Positions 43,669-56,540 of a DNA stretch of 64,000 nucleotides are shown one piece after another. Positions within the stretch are counted from its first letter, which is position 1, and each line of letters opens with the position of its first letter. Both the position numbers and the translations under genes were made by a program. The notes beneath the pieces were generated by a model that did not search any database, had not been told where the DNA came from, and was given only the letters and a program-made list of their open reading frames with translations. The stretch is from an uncultured delta proteobacterium (GTDB taxonomy: Bacteria > Desulfobacterota > Binatia > UBA9968). The DNA lies in contig CAVXEP010000006.1 in NCBI GenBank assembly GCA_963760795.1, forward strand, positions 32,001 to 96,000. The letters run 5' to 3'.

Positions 43669-45525
43669 CTAATTCTCCGAATCCGCATGGCCGCCCAGAG
43701 CGTCGAGCACTTGCTGGGCGAGCTTTTCGTTCATCGACGGCACCTTCAGGAGATCCTCCAGCGATGCTTCTTCGATGCGTTTGATGCTGCCGAAGGCGCG
43801 CAGCAAGGCGCGCTTGCGCACGCCGCCGACGCCGGGGATGCGGTCGAGTGCGGAGTAAAGAGTCTGCTGCGAGCGCAATTTCCGATGATGGGTGATGGCG
43901 AAGCGATGGGCTTCGTCGCGCACGCGCTGCAGCAGAAACAAAGCGTTGGAGTTGCGCTTCAATACCACCGGATTGGTTTGACCCGGCAGGAACACGCGCT
44001 CTTCCGAGCGTTCGATCTCGGCGCTGCGCGGCGCTGCTTGAACGCGCATCTTGGCCAAGCCCACTGCCTCGACGCCGTCGATGCCGACTTCGGCCATGGC
44101 CACCAAAGCCATGGCCAATTGTCCCTTGCCGCCATCGACAACGATCAGATCCGGTAGATCGGCTTCTGCCTTGCCGCGGCTGAAGCGGCGCTTGAGCATC
44201 TCCAGCATCATGCCGAAGTCATCGCCGCCGGACTCCGCACCGATGGTCTTGATGCGAAAATGGCGGTAAAGATTTTTGTCCGGTTCGCCGTCGACGAACG
44301 TCACCATGGAGCCCACCGCATGGGCGCCATGGATCATCGAGATATCGAAGCACTCGATGCGATGGGGGTAATTTTTCAGACGCAGCGAGGTTTGCAACTC
44401 GCGCAGCATCTGATCGCGCGCCTTCTCTTGATCGTGGCGGTCGGCGAAACTTTGCTTGGCATTGTCGCCCGCCATTTCGACCAAGTGGCGTTTATCGCCG
44501 CGCTGGGGACAGAGAATTTTTACGCTCTTACCCTTATGCTCGGCGAGATACTCCTCGCGAACAGCGGCATCCTCCAGATCCACTGGCAAAAGAATCTCGT
44601 CGGGGACGAATCGCTGGCCTTGATAGAATTGGGTCAAGAGCGAACCCATGATCTCTTCGTCGGGAAATTCCAAATCCGCCAACGAATAAGACTGGTTGCC
44701 GGTGAGCTTGCCCTGGCGCACCAACAGCACCTGAACTTCGATGAAGCCGCCCTCGCGGTACAAGCCGAAAATATCCTGGTCGCTGCCCCAGTGCGCGACC
44801 ATGCGCTGCTTCTCCAAAGTCTTTTCGACCGCTTGAATCTGATCGCGCAACCGCGCCGCTGCCTCGAACTCCTGGGCGTCGGACTTTTCCTGCATGCGCT
44901 GCTTCAATTCGTCGATCAGCTCCTGCTGCCGCCCCTCGATAAACAGCATGGTCTGGCGCACTTGTTCCAGGTAAACTTCCCGCGCCACCGGCAGCACGCA
45001 GGGCCCCAGGCAGCGCTTGATCTGATACTGCAAACAGGGACGGCTGCGGTTGCGAAAGTTATGATCGGTGCAGTTGCGCAGCTGAAAGTGTTTTTCAATC
45101 AAGTCGATGGTCTCGCGCGCCGCCAGCGCCGACGAAAACGGCCCGAAGTAGCGGTTGCCGTCCTTGACGATCTTGCGCGTCGCCAGGATACGCGGCCAGG
45201 CGTGCTGGGTCGTCACTTTGATGCTCAAATAACTCTTGTCGTCCTTGAGGCGGATGTTGTAGCGCGGCTTGTACTGCTTGATCAGGTTATTTTCGAGGAT
45301 CAGCGCTTCCTTGTCGTTGCTCGTCACCAGAGTTTCGATATCGGCGACACGACGCACTAAAAACTGAACCTGCGACCGCTCATCGGGATGATTGAAGTAG
45401 GCCCGCACCCGCGCCCGCAGATCCTTGGCCTTGCCGACATAAATGACCTTGCCGCCATTTTCGCGCATGAGATAGACGCCCGGTCTGGACGGCAAACCGG
45501 CGAGCTTTTCTGTCAGCGTGTTCAC
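43669..45525 (-). CDS. uvrC: Excinuclease ABC subunit C
   Basis: PGVYLM..IYVGKAKDLR (GIY-YIG), RIECFDIS, VDGGKGQ, RDEAHRFA, HhH; GTG start inferred. Confidence 0.97.
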   Translation of the reverse strand: MNTLTEKLAGLPSRPGVYLMRENGGKVIYVGKAKDLRARVRAYFNHPDERSQVQFLVRRVADIETLVTSNDKEALILENNLIKQYKPRYNIRLKDDKSYLSIKVTTQHAWPRILATRKIVKDGNRYFGPFSSALAARETIDLIEKHFQLRNCTDHNFRNRSRPCLQYQIKRCLGPCVLPVAREVYLEQVRQTMLFIEGRQQELIDELKQRMQEKSDAQEFEAAARLRDQIQAVEKTLEKQRMVAHWGSDQDIFGLYREGGFIEVQVLLVRQGKLTGNQSYSLADLEFPDEEIMGSLLTQFYQGQRFVPDEILLPVDLEDAAVREEYLAEHKGKSVKILCPQRGDKRHLVEMAGDNAKQSFADRHDQEKARDQMLRELQTSLRLKNYPHRIECFDISMIHGAHAVGSMVTFVDGEPDKNLYRHFRIKTIGAESGGDDFGMMLEMLKRRFSRGKAEADLPDLIVVDGGKGQLAMALVAMAEVGIDGVEAVGLAKMRVQAAPRSAEIERSEERVFLPGQTNPVVLKRNSNALFLLQRVRDEAHRFAITHHRKLRSQQTLYSALDRIPGVGGVRKRALLRAFGSIKRIEEASLEDLLKVPSMNEKLAQQVLDALGGHADSEN

Positions 45526-45771
45526 GGCGCGATTCCCGCTCTGGATCGGGAGTTTCGGTACAACTGCCGGCTCCGAAAGAACAAGCGAGGCACACATCGC
45601 GACAGCCAGGGACGATCTGACAACGCGCCGGCGGGGATCAAAGTCACTGGCCCTGACAAATCGCTACCTAGCAATACAGCATTTGCGGCAATGCATCGTT
45701 GGCATAACTCTTGAGTAACTATCCGGCTAATCACGCAGAATTCACGACAGGCCAAGGACCAAGGAGCCGTC

Positions 45772-46191
45772 ATGTTCGATATCGAAACACTGATGCAATT
45801 GGGTGTGTTCAACCAGCTCATTCCCATCTGGCAGGTGTTCTTTTTCATTGCTGCACTGCTGCCGTTTCTGCTCATGGACCGGGTTAAGATGTGTCTGCTG
45901 GTTACCTATCTGTTTACTTTCTATCTCGGCTTCATGGTTCAATGGGGCGAATATCTATCCTCCACCGGCTCCATGCAACCCTTTGTTCTCTATTCGCTCA
46001 GCGGGCTCGCCATCGCGGTGTTCTTTGTCGCCACCATCTTCACCGATCCGGCGCCCAATCCCAAAGTGCGCTGGGCCCGCTACGGCCAAGCGTACGGCTA
46101 CTCTGCCGAAGGACCAATTCCTAAAGCGCCCCAAGATCCCATGGAAATAGCGGTCGATGTCACCCACATCTCCGAGTATGAACGGCACTAA
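45772..46191 (+). CDS. Hypothetical membrane protein (about 3 TM)
   Basis: AAGGAG RBS; hydrophobic helices then a polar tail. Confidence 0.65.
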   Translation: MFDIETLMQLGVFNQLIPIWQVFFFIAALLPFLLMDRVKMCLLVTYLFTFYLGFMVQWGEYLSSTGSMQPFVLYSLSGLAIAVFFVATIFTDPAPNPKVRWARYGQAYGYSAEGPIPKAPQDPMEIAVDVTHISEYERH

Positions 46192-46203
46192 TTCTAAGCT
46201 TGT

Positions 46204-48246
<2,043 letters not shown>

Positions 48247-48258
48247 GAAGTTGCCAAC

Positions 48259-49263
48259 TTATCGCGCCTGGCCGCCGTAAAGTTTATCGATGTAACCGCT
48301 CTTGTCGATATCGGCGAGCGTGCGCGCGTCGATGAACTCACCGGGTTTGTACTGCGCGTACTTGGGCTGGCTTTCCGCCAGATGATCCAACACCGCCTGC
48401 ACCGCGCTCTCGACCGCGTACGGCTTGGCCGGCATTTTTGCCGTCCATTCCCAAGCCTCGGTCAATCCTTCCGGATCCTTGGTGCCGAGGAACTTGCTGA
48501 GAATCTTCGTGGTGTCGTCTTTGCGCGTCCGGAACAGATGGACACCGCGGACGATTGCACGCATCGCGCGCGCCGCCAGCTGGGGATTTTTCTGAACTAG
48601 CGAGCGCCGCGTGGTGATCGTTGAACCCTGGTACTCCAGTTTCAAGTCGGTCAGATCGACCATGAAATTCATGCCGGCCTTGCGCGCAAACAGCGTGCCC
48701 GGCGGCGACAGCACTGTCGCCGCCACACGATTGGTATGGAGCGCGCCCCACATCACGTCATTGCTGCCGAGGGCGAGCAGTTTGACGTCCTTGTCGGCAT
48801 CGAGGCCGATATGCTTCAAGGCGAAGCGCGCGCTCTTTTCATAGGCGTCGCCGGGACGCTGAATGCCAACGATCTTGCCCTTGAGATCTTGGGCGCTTTT
48901 AATATCCGGGCGGGCGACGAAGACCATGGTAGCGTAGCGCGAAAATCCGCCGAGCATGACGATATCGCGATTCTGCACCGACACGGGAATCATCAGATAA
49001 GCCGACATGATCGTCATATCGACTTCATTGGCCACCAGTGCCATCGGCGCGATGGACCCAGCCGTATGGATAATCTCCGCGTTGATCCCTTCCTCGGCGA
49101 AGAAGCCCGCCTCCTTGGCGACAAACGGCACCGAGTGGGCCACGGCACGGGCGGCGTAACCGATGCGCAGCTTGTCAGTTTTAGCCTGTGCCGGCACCTC
49201 TCCGACCGAACCCGCCACTATTAGGCAAAAGGAAACAATTATCGAACCGGCAAACAACTTCAA
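48259..49263 (-). CDS. NitT/TauT-type ABC substrate-binding protein
   Basis: Signal peptide, AKEAGFFAEEG, DLKGKIVG, SGYIDKLY end. Confidence 0.85.
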   Translation of the reverse strand: MKLFAGSIIVSFCLIVAGSVGEVPAQAKTDKLRIGYAARAVAHSVPFVAKEAGFFAEEGINAEIIHTAGSIAPMALVANEVDMTIMSAYLMIPVSVQNRDIVMLGGFSRYATMVFVARPDIKSAQDLKGKIVGIQRPGDAYEKSARFALKHIGLDADKDVKLLALGSNDVMWGALHTNRVAATVLSPPGTLFARKAGMNFMVDLTDLKLEYQGSTITTRRSLVQKNPQLAARAMRAIVRGVHLFRTRKDDTTKILSKFLGTKDPEGLTEAWEWTAKMPAKPYAVESAVQAVLDHLAESQPKYAQYKPGEFIDARTLADIDKSGYIDKLYGGQAR

Positions 49264-49379
49264 GGTAGAGCCTCCGGTATGTTATGGCAGAACTTTAGAT
49301 CATGAGAACAAGCTGATGGTGAGAAGAATAACAAGACCGTTGGCACGGAGCAACGACGACCTGGAATCACCGCGTTAAG

Positions 49380-49775
49380 ATGAGCAGGTTTATCGAGTAT
49401 ATTAAGGCACAAGCGCGCGCGCTCAAACGCGAGACCCACGCCCTCTATCTCGCCGGCCGCGATCCGCGCACGCCCTGGCCCGCTAAAGTGGTCATCGCCA
49501 TCGTGGTCGCCTACGCTTTGAGTCCGATTGATTTGATCCCGGACTTCATCCCGGTGTTGGGTTATCTCGACGACGTCTTGTTGCTACCGCTCGGCATCTA
49601 TCTGGCGCTCAAGCTTATCCCCGCCGCGGTCCTGGCTGACGCCCGGCATGCCGCTCATCAAGCTAGCTTCAATTTGTCCGCGAGCCGCGCCGCCGCCGTC
49701 GTGGTTATCCTGCTTTGGATGATCAGCATGACGTTGTCGGAGTATTTGTGCTCCGTTACTTTGCACGCGGTTTGA
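49380..49775 (+). CDS. YkvA/DUF1232 membrane protein
   Basis: [27 protein letters not shown]. Confidence 0.9.
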   Translation: MSRFIEYIKAQARALKRETHALYLAGRDPRTPWPAKVVIAIVVAYALSPIDLIPDFIPVLGYLDDVLLLPLGIYLALKLIPAAVLADARHAAHQASFNLSASRAAAVVVILLWMISMTLSEYLCSVTLHAV

Positions 49776-49784
49776 GATAACCGA

Positions 49785-51230
49785 TCAACTATCGAGATTC
49801 GGCCGTTTGCCATACCACCCAGTCGCCCGTTCATAAGCATGGCCCACTTGAAACAGCCGCGTCTCATCGAAAGGCGCGCCGACGATTTGCATGCCAATCG
49901 GCAAACCGCTGGCAGAAAAACCACAGCATAAACTCATCGCCGGCAGGCCGGTGACGTTGAACGGAATGGTACAGAGGGTCCCGGTGGTACCGCGCTCGTC
50001 TTGCAGCTCGACGCGCCGGCCATCGACGATGGCGAAACCTTGGCGGCACTCGTCAATCGTTTGCGCCGGCGAGCCGACGGTCGGCGCCACTATGACATCG
50101 ACCTTATCGAAGGCCGATTCGAAGGAGTCGCAGATCAACCGCCGCACCCGCTGCGCGGTCACGTAGACATCGGCGGGAATCAGCAACGATTTGATATGCC
50201 GATAGAACAGCGGCGAGCTGTAGTCGCGCGGCGAGTTTTTCAAATATTCATGAGCCGTCGCGACGTTCTCGACGCGGCTGGTGGCCAACTGGACTGCGGC
50301 GATCAAGTCGGTGTAGCGAATATCGAGCTTGACGATTTTCATGCCGAGGGATTTTAATTGCCCAACCGCAGCGTCGAACACGCCGCGCACCGCCGCGCTC
50401 ATGAATTCATCGAAGTAGCCATTGATCAATCCCACGCGCAAGCCTTTGACCGATTTGCCGATGGCGCTGATATAGTTCGCCACCGGCTCTCGCGAACTCA
50501 GCGGATCTTTCGGATCATGGCCGGCGATGGCCTTGAGCATCAAGGCGCAATCCTTCACCGTCTTGGCAAACGGCCCAAAGTGATCCGTCGAAAATCCACC
50601 CGTGCCGAGCACGCCGCCGTATCGGCTGACTCTACCAAAGGTCGCCTTCAAACCGACCACGCCGCACAGCGATGCTGGATGGCGCACCGAACCGGCATTA
50701 TCCGTACCGATGGAACCCAAGCAGAGACTAGCCGCCACCGACGCCGCCGAACCGCCGCTGGACCCGCCGGAAATGCGCTGACGATCCCAAGGATTGGTCG
50801 TCGTGCCATAGTATGGGTTGATCGTCGTGCTGCCCGACGCCCATTCGTGCATATTGGTTTTGCCAAGAATCACCGCACCAGAGGATTTCAATTTTTCAAC
50901 GACGGTTGCATCGTAGTCGGGAATCCAGTTGGCAAGTTGCTTCGACCCGGCGGTGGTTTTCACCCCGCGCGTCGCCAAATTGTCTTTGATGGAAAAAGGA
51001 ATGCCATGCAGTGGCCCGCGCCACTTGCCCGCACGCAGTTCGCGATCGAGAGCGCGCGCTTGCTTCAGCGCATCGTCCGCCGTCACTGTTTGAAAAGCAT
51101 TGAGCGCAGGGTTGTAACGGTCGATGCGATCAAGAAACCGCTTGGTCAAGTCGACAACGGAGAGTTTCTTCGCCTTGATGACCGGCGCAAGTTCGGCAAT
51201 GGTCGCGCGCTCGAGGTCCGGCACCGTCAT
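49785..51230 (-). CDS. Amidase-signature family enzyme
   Basis: GPLHGIPFSIKD, GKTNMHE, GGSSGGS, GTDNAGSVRHPA. Confidence 0.92.
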   Translation of the reverse strand: MTVPDLERATIAELAPVIKAKKLSVVDLTKRFLDRIDRYNPALNAFQTVTADDALKQARALDRELRAGKWRGPLHGIPFSIKDNLATRGVKTTAGSKQLANWIPDYDATVVEKLKSSGAVILGKTNMHEWASGSTTINPYYGTTTNPWDRQRISGGSSGGSAASVAASLCLGSIGTDNAGSVRHPASLCGVVGLKATFGRVSRYGGVLGTGGFSTDHFGPFAKTVKDCALMLKAIAGHDPKDPLSSREPVANYISAIGKSVKGLRVGLINGYFDEFMSAAVRGVFDAAVGQLKSLGMKIVKLDIRYTDLIAAVQLATSRVENVATAHEYLKNSPRDYSSPLFYRHIKSLLIPADVYVTAQRVRRLICDSFESAFDKVDVIVAPTVGSPAQTIDECRQGFAIVDGRRVELQDERGTTGTLCTIPFNVTGLPAMSLCCGFSASGLPIGMQIVGAPFDETRLFQVGHAYERATGWYGKRPNLDS

Positions 51231-51427
51231 TTTCGCCTCCGATTGCCCGGGCTCCATCGAGGCGCTTTAAAGACACCCATGACTGGCCGAGTCTGCGCTA
51301 AATCTATCTGCTTTAGCCGTTCGAGGACCTTTTCTTGGACCGCCGCCTCCGCGGCGATGCGGTGAATCTCATCCTCACTCAGATTCCAACCATACTGAGC
51401 GCTCAGTCGACGCACCTGCTCTTCCAT
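51227..51427 (-). CDS. Small amidase partner protein (GatC/AtzG-like position)
   Basis: GGAGG RBS; stop overlaps the amidase start (ATGA); MEEQVRRLSAQYGWNLSEDEI. Confidence 0.6.
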   Translation of the reverse strand: MEEQVRRLSAQYGWNLSEDEIHRIAAEAAVQEKVLERLKQIDLAQTRPVMGVFKAPRWSPGNRRRK

Positions 51428-51537
51428 AATCATCCTCCCGCCGGCAATGGCCCAGCTATACTGCCGGCAAAATGTGAAGTCTAGAAAGAAATTCAGGTAG
51501 GCGAATTTGACATTAACTTACTGAGGGGAGGAAAGCC

Positions 51538-51807
51538 CTAGCGGCCGTTGCCCTTCGAGATCCGCGCCATGCCTTCCGGACTGACCGTGACGAGTCTACC
51601 CGGTTGGCCAAACATCACCTTCGCCGCGGTCGGCGAAATCTCCCGGCCGAACAAGCACAGGCGATTGGCCTTCAGGCTGTCGCCATTGGCCCACTTGGCG
51701 AACTCGTCGGGCGACGGCATGTGGCCGATGTCCGCCGCGCAGCGGCGCACGATGAAACCGAGCATCATCTTCGATTCATCGCTTTTGCTTTGGGGAATTC
51801 CGGCCAT
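51538..51807 (-). CDS. Hypothetical protein
   Basis: 89 aa ORF with host-like codon use. Confidence 0.55.
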   Translation of the reverse strand: MAGIPQSKSDESKMMLGFIVRRCAADIGHMPSPDEFAKWANGDSLKANRLCLFGREISPTAAKVMFGQPGRLVTVSPEGMARISKGNGR

Positions 51808-51936
51808 GGTTGAAATTTATAGAAAAACTTCATGCAGCTTGCAAGATTCTGACCGATTAATTTTCCAATCGCCCGACCGTCGATGGCTTGCGCCAACACG
51901 ACTTAGTGGCATAAAGCCAATAGGCAAGGAGGAACC

Positions 51937-52485
51937 ATGGCAAGAATACCACTGGTTGAAAGTAAAGAAAGCTTAGCACCGGAGCATCAAAAGATTTATG
52001 ACGCCATCGTCAAAAGCCGCGGCGAGGTGCGCGGTTGTTTTCCGGCGCTACTGCATGTGCCGACCATCGCCGACCACACCGCCAGCCTGGGCGGCTACCT
52101 GCGCTTCGACGGCAAACTCGAACCGAAGGTGCGCACCCTCGCCGCGCTGACCGTCTCGCGAGAATTGGACTGCATTCACGAATGGGCTGCCGGTGTGAAA
52201 AACGCCGAGAAGAACCGCATTAGCCGTGAAACCCTAGTTGCGGTCCACCAGCGCCAGCCCACCACCGGGCTTCCCCCGGACGAAGCTGAAATCGTCGACT
52301 ACGTTCGCGCGCTACTGCATTCCCATCGCGTCACCGAGCCGGCTTTTCAATCGATGCTCGCCCGCTTAGGCGTCGCCGGCATCGTCGAACTCACGGCAAC
52401 CATCGGCTATTATTCGATGATTTCCTGTACGCTCAATGCTTTCGAACTTTCATCCTCGCCCAATCCGGTAGATTTCCCGATATGA
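51937..52485 (+). CDS. Carboxymuconolactone decarboxylase (CMD/AhpD-like) family protein
   Basis: MARIPLV, LGGYLRF, REL..HEW, VELTATIGYY; AGGAGG RBS. Confidence 0.85.
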   Translation: MARIPLVESKESLAPEHQKIYDAIVKSRGEVRGCFPALLHVPTIADHTASLGGYLRFDGKLEPKVRTLAALTVSRELDCIHEWAAGVKNAEKNRISRETLVAVHQRQPTTGLPPDEAEIVDYVRALLHSHRVTEPAFQSMLARLGVAGIVELTATIGYYSMISCTLNAFELSSSPNPVDFPI

Positions 52486-52552
52486 CCGATCATTGAAGTA
52501 AAAAGGTTCGGCAGACTTCGGTGTGGATATGGGTCAAGGTCGATTTGTTTTG

Positions 52553-52618
52553 TGCACCATGAAGAGCACGAATAGTTCGAATGGTTAAGATTCCGAACTT
52601 CGTGTCCTTCGTGGTGCA
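52553..52618. repeat. CACGAA/CTTCGTG palindromic element
   Basis: tgcaccatgaagagcacgaa / cttcgtgtccttcgtggtgca. Confidence 0.75.
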
Positions 52619-52698
52619 AACATCTTCACCGTAAACCCGGCATAATCCCAAAAAAGAGGCGAGCCGACGAGTCGCCGAATCGTCATGCAATTGGCTCA

Positions 52699-53625
52699 TT
52701 GACTGCAACTCTTGATATTTTTGTCGGTTGGATTAGCATCATTGTTTGTGCTTTTAGCTGGGGGATTCTACTAAATGCGAGCAAGCGATGGACATCATCA
52801 TCTATCTGCGGGAAACGTTATTCGTTCGAAAAGCTGTCATTGCTTTTTGGCGGTACCGACGACACCGGAGTGGTCCGCGGCAGCGAAATGGTCGGTGACC
52901 GTTACCAAGACCTCCTGCAGGAAATTGCCGCCATCACCGAATATCAATGGCGCTCCGGAACGACCCGAGGCCTGGTAAAAGGGTTCATGCTCAGCGGTCC
53001 TCCCGGCACGGGCAAGACAACCCTGGCCAAACGGCTGGCCTATGAACTCGGTCGCAGGTTTGAGGCCGAGGATGAGCCGCCAGTCGCTTTAGCCTTTATC
53101 GATGGCGGTGAGATTTCGCGCTCCCGGTATGGTGAGAGCGAAGAAAGAATTCGCGATATCTTTCTCCATGCAAGATCGGGATTCACTGCGCAGGGACAGC
53201 GCTCTGTGCTGCTGTTCGATGACGTCGAATCCATTTTCATGGCGCGCGGCAGTCAACATGCCAAAGAGTGGCACTTTTCTCAGGACAGCGTTTTCTTTCA
53301 TTCCATAGACGATCTCGATACGTCCCGCGCCACGATCGTTTTGACAAGCAACCGCCCCGATCTGATCGATGAAGCCATTCGTGATCGCTTCCTGAGTTAC
53401 GTCGTTGACTATCCGGATCTCGACACGCTCCTTCAGATGGTCCAGCAAATACCGGCCATTGAACAACTGTCCGGCACGCAGCAGACCACATTAAAAAACG
53501 ATCTGATTGCCGCGGTGAAGAATGGCACCGTCCGCAGCATGCGCGATGGCCAACGTTTCGCGATGCGCCACTTCGTGGCAAAGTTGCTGAAAAAGGAATC
53601 GCTGGCGCAACAGATCGCTGACTAA
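52699..53625 (+). CDS. Stand-alone AAA ATPase (start uncertain)
   Basis: GPPGTGKT, RYGESE pore loop, LLFDDVE, TSNRPDLIDEAIRDRF. Confidence 0.85.
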   Translation: MTATLDIFVGWISIIVCAFSWGILLNASKRWTSSSICGKRYSFEKLSLLFGGTDDTGVVRGSEMVGDRYQDLLQEIAAITEYQWRSGTTRGLVKGFMLSGPPGTGKTTLAKRLAYELGRRFEAEDEPPVALAFIDGGEISRSRYGESEERIRDIFLHARSGFTAQGQRSVLLFDDVESIFMARGSQHAKEWHFSQDSVFFHSIDDLDTSRATIVLTSNRPDLIDEAIRDRFLSYVVDYPDLDTLLQMVQQIPAIEQLSGTQQTTLKNDLIAAVKNGTVRSMRDGQRFAMRHFVAKLLKKESLAQQIAD

Positions 53626-53655
53626 TTATTTAACACACTGACAAAGGGAATCGTT

Positions 53656-54674
53656 ATGGCAAAGAATTTCTATGAACAATGGCTCGAAACGCCAAACAAA
53701 CTTCAAGATGAACTTGAAATCGGCCGCCTGGTAGCCGCGGACAAAGACATTCCATGGGTTTCAACGCCCCATGATGTCAAAGTAAAACTGATGGTTGCGA
53801 ACCATCTCGGTTTTGCCACCATGGGCAGCAATGTGCTCAAGTCGGAAATTCCGGTTGGCTGGCATACCGGCAAGCATCGGCACGGTGAAGAGTCGATGCA
53901 CATCCTCGAGGGTGAAGGGTTTAGCATTATCAATGGCCAGCGTTTCAACTGGCACAAAAGCAGCACGCTGCAGATTCCATTTTGGGCTGAGCATCAACAT
54001 TTTAATACCGGCAAGGTTCCGGTCTTAATCATTCACGGTATGTGTTTCGATCTCGAAGTCCTACCTCCGGGTTGCGCGCATTGAGCAGATCGAGACCTGC
54101 GGCCCCAATGATCCATCGATGATCGCCGCCGTGCCTGAGGAGACGTCACAGTATTACCCCGATGGCACCCGTGCGATTATCCATCTTGAGCAGGCGCCGA
54201 CGAACAAAGAAAAACTACCTGACGGAGAGAGTTATAATCCGCAGGGCGCCATCGCCGCGACCAAAAACCAGCACGACTTTTCCAACTATCTCGTCGTGCC
54301 CAAAAATGGCTTCCGTGCCGTCAGCGTGGCGATTACCAATCGCTGGATTGAGCCGGGCTTTCCATGAGAGTGGCAGGCACAAGCATCTTGAGGCTGTCGT
54401 CTATGCCATTGAAGGTCAGGGGTACACCGATATGCAGGGCAAGCGGATTCCTTGGGAAGCTGGCGACGTTCTCTATGTGCCGCCGGCCATGTGGGAACAC
54501 CAGCACATTAACGAAAATCCAAATTCGATTACCCAGCTTCGTATTGGCTTCAATATTCGCCAGTGGATCACGTCAATCTGGCCCCAAGGTTTTACCAGCA
54601 CGCGCATCTATGACGATGAAGGCGACCCAATTGAAGCAGGCCGTATCGTGCGTAAACGCGAGCGCTCCTACTAA
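53656..54674 (+). CDS. Bicupin protein (frameshifts near 54060 and 54360)
   Basis: Two cupin motif sets: GKHRHGEE..LEGEG..WAEHQHFN and GRHKHLEA..EGQG..WEHQHIN. Confidence 0.8.
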
Positions 54675-55035
54675 TCAAAATTGTTCCGCTGTTCTCATCG
54701 ACCTTGGTTTAGGACCATCTTTATGTTCAGGCTTTGTAAGCTTGGTAATGAGCCGTCCCTGGCAAAGTCGCGTGCACGGCTGCACCATCTACGTGCGCCG
54801 ACCGCCGTCCGTTGCTAGCCCATCCTTCAATGCCTTCAGCGCGGACAATATCGTGCTCAGATCTCGCCTCAGATATTTCGCGGCCACCGTCAGGCTGATC
54901 CCGCCTATCTTACGACCCACATAGGCCGGCTCCGCTCTTAGTCGATTCTCTACTCGTCCTCGGGCTCTGCCAAGTAATTCTCTGGCTGATCAAGCGACTT
55001 GCCGTCATCTACCAAAGTTGCTACCCCGGAGCTGC

Positions 55036-56501
55036 ATGAATAAGCTTTTGGGCGTGCTCGCCCTGGTCGCCGCTGTCCTTGGCGGCGCGCTCGTGATCGG
55101 CGTTCAGCGCTTTGTGCCGCGTCAGATCGACGTCGCCCCCGCAACGCCGATTCAAATCGATGTCGATGCCGCTGCACAACGACTTAGCCGCGCGATTCGC
55201 CATCGGACGGTCTCGCCGGTCGACTGCGGCATCACAGGCTGAGTTCGAACGCTTTCATGCTTTTCTTACCGAGTCATTTCCCGCGTTGCATAAGCGCTTG
55301 GCGAGAGAAACCGTCAATCAGCACAGCCTGCTTTACACTTGGCAAGGCACTCGCACCGAGTTGAAACCGATCCTGTTGCTTGCCCACATGGACGTGGTGC
55401 CCGCCGACGCCGAAGATTCCCCTAGGTGGCACCACCCGCCTTTCGCTGGTGCAGTCGCTGAGGGTTACCTGTGGGGGCGCGGCGCCATGGATGACAAAAG
55501 CAGCCTGATGGCAAGTCTTGAAGCGATAGAATGGCTCGTCAAACAAGGTTACCAACCCGAGCGCACTATCTACTTAGCCTTTGGCCACGACGAGGAAACC
55601 GGCGGCCACAACGGTGCGGCAAAGATCGCGGCGCAGCTCCAAGCGCGCCAATTGCAATTCGAGTACATACTCGACGAGGGCGGCAATATCCTCTCCGGCC
55701 TTTTGAAAAATGTCAGCGCGCCGGTGGCTCTGATCGGCATCGCTGAAAAAGGCTATTTGAGTTTAGCCTTGACGGCGGAAACCGCCGGTGGCCATTCTGC
55801 CATTCCACCGATCCACAGCGCCATCGGCAAACTGAGCTTGGCCTTGGCCGCCCTGGCGAGCAACCCTTTTCCTTCGCGCCTGTCCGAGCCAACCCGACAG
55901 ATGTTGGAATATCTTGGACCGCACATGGCGTGGCCCGAACGCTTTCTCCTCGCCAACCTCTGGCTGTTCGAGCCCGTCATTCGCCACCAATTGGAGCGCT
56001 CTCCTCTGACCAACGCGGCTATCCGCACGACCCTCGCGCCGACACTCATCACAGGTGGCATCCAGGAGAACGTTTTGCCGAGCAAAGCGCGCGCGGTGGT
56101 GAATCTACGGTTATTGCCGGGCGACATCACCGCCGCGGTGATTGAACGAGTCCGCAAGATTATTGCTGACAACGCCATCACCATGACGCCGTTGGCCACG
56201 CGCGTCGAGCCCTCACCCGTAACGCCCACCAGCTCGGCTTCGTTTCAGACCCTGCAACGCACGGTGCGTGAAATCATTCCTGAAGCGATTGTAGCGCCGG
56301 GCTTGCTCGTGGCGACCACCGATTCGCGCCACTATGCGACGCTATCTAAAAACGTTTTTCGTTTTTTCCCGATGACACTTCGACCGGGAGATACCGAGCG
56401 CTACCACGGTATCGACGAACGGATCAGTGTGGAGGATTACGCGCGCTGCCGTACGGTTTTATGTGCAACTGATCCGGAACAGCCAAAGTTCTGGAAAATA
56501 A
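55036..56501 (+). CDS. M20/M25/M40 family peptidase (carboxypeptidase S/PM20D1-like); frameshifts near 55225 and 56450
   Basis: N-terminal anchor, AHMDVVP, GRGAMDDK, GHDEE, DEGG, GGHS, TDSRHY, HGIDERI. Confidence 0.88.
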
Positions 56502-56540
56502 CCGGGGGGATTTTCCAACCCGCTCTCCTCGGTCCCACGC

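Noticed and set aside
49785-51230. gatA
   Set aside because: No gatB, and it has DNAGSVRHPA rather than the GatA-typical DTGGSIRQPA
52692-52707. Sigma54 promoter before the AAA ATPase
   Set aside because: GG-N10-GC spacing fits but -12 is CTGC and the gene start is uncertain; too weak to call
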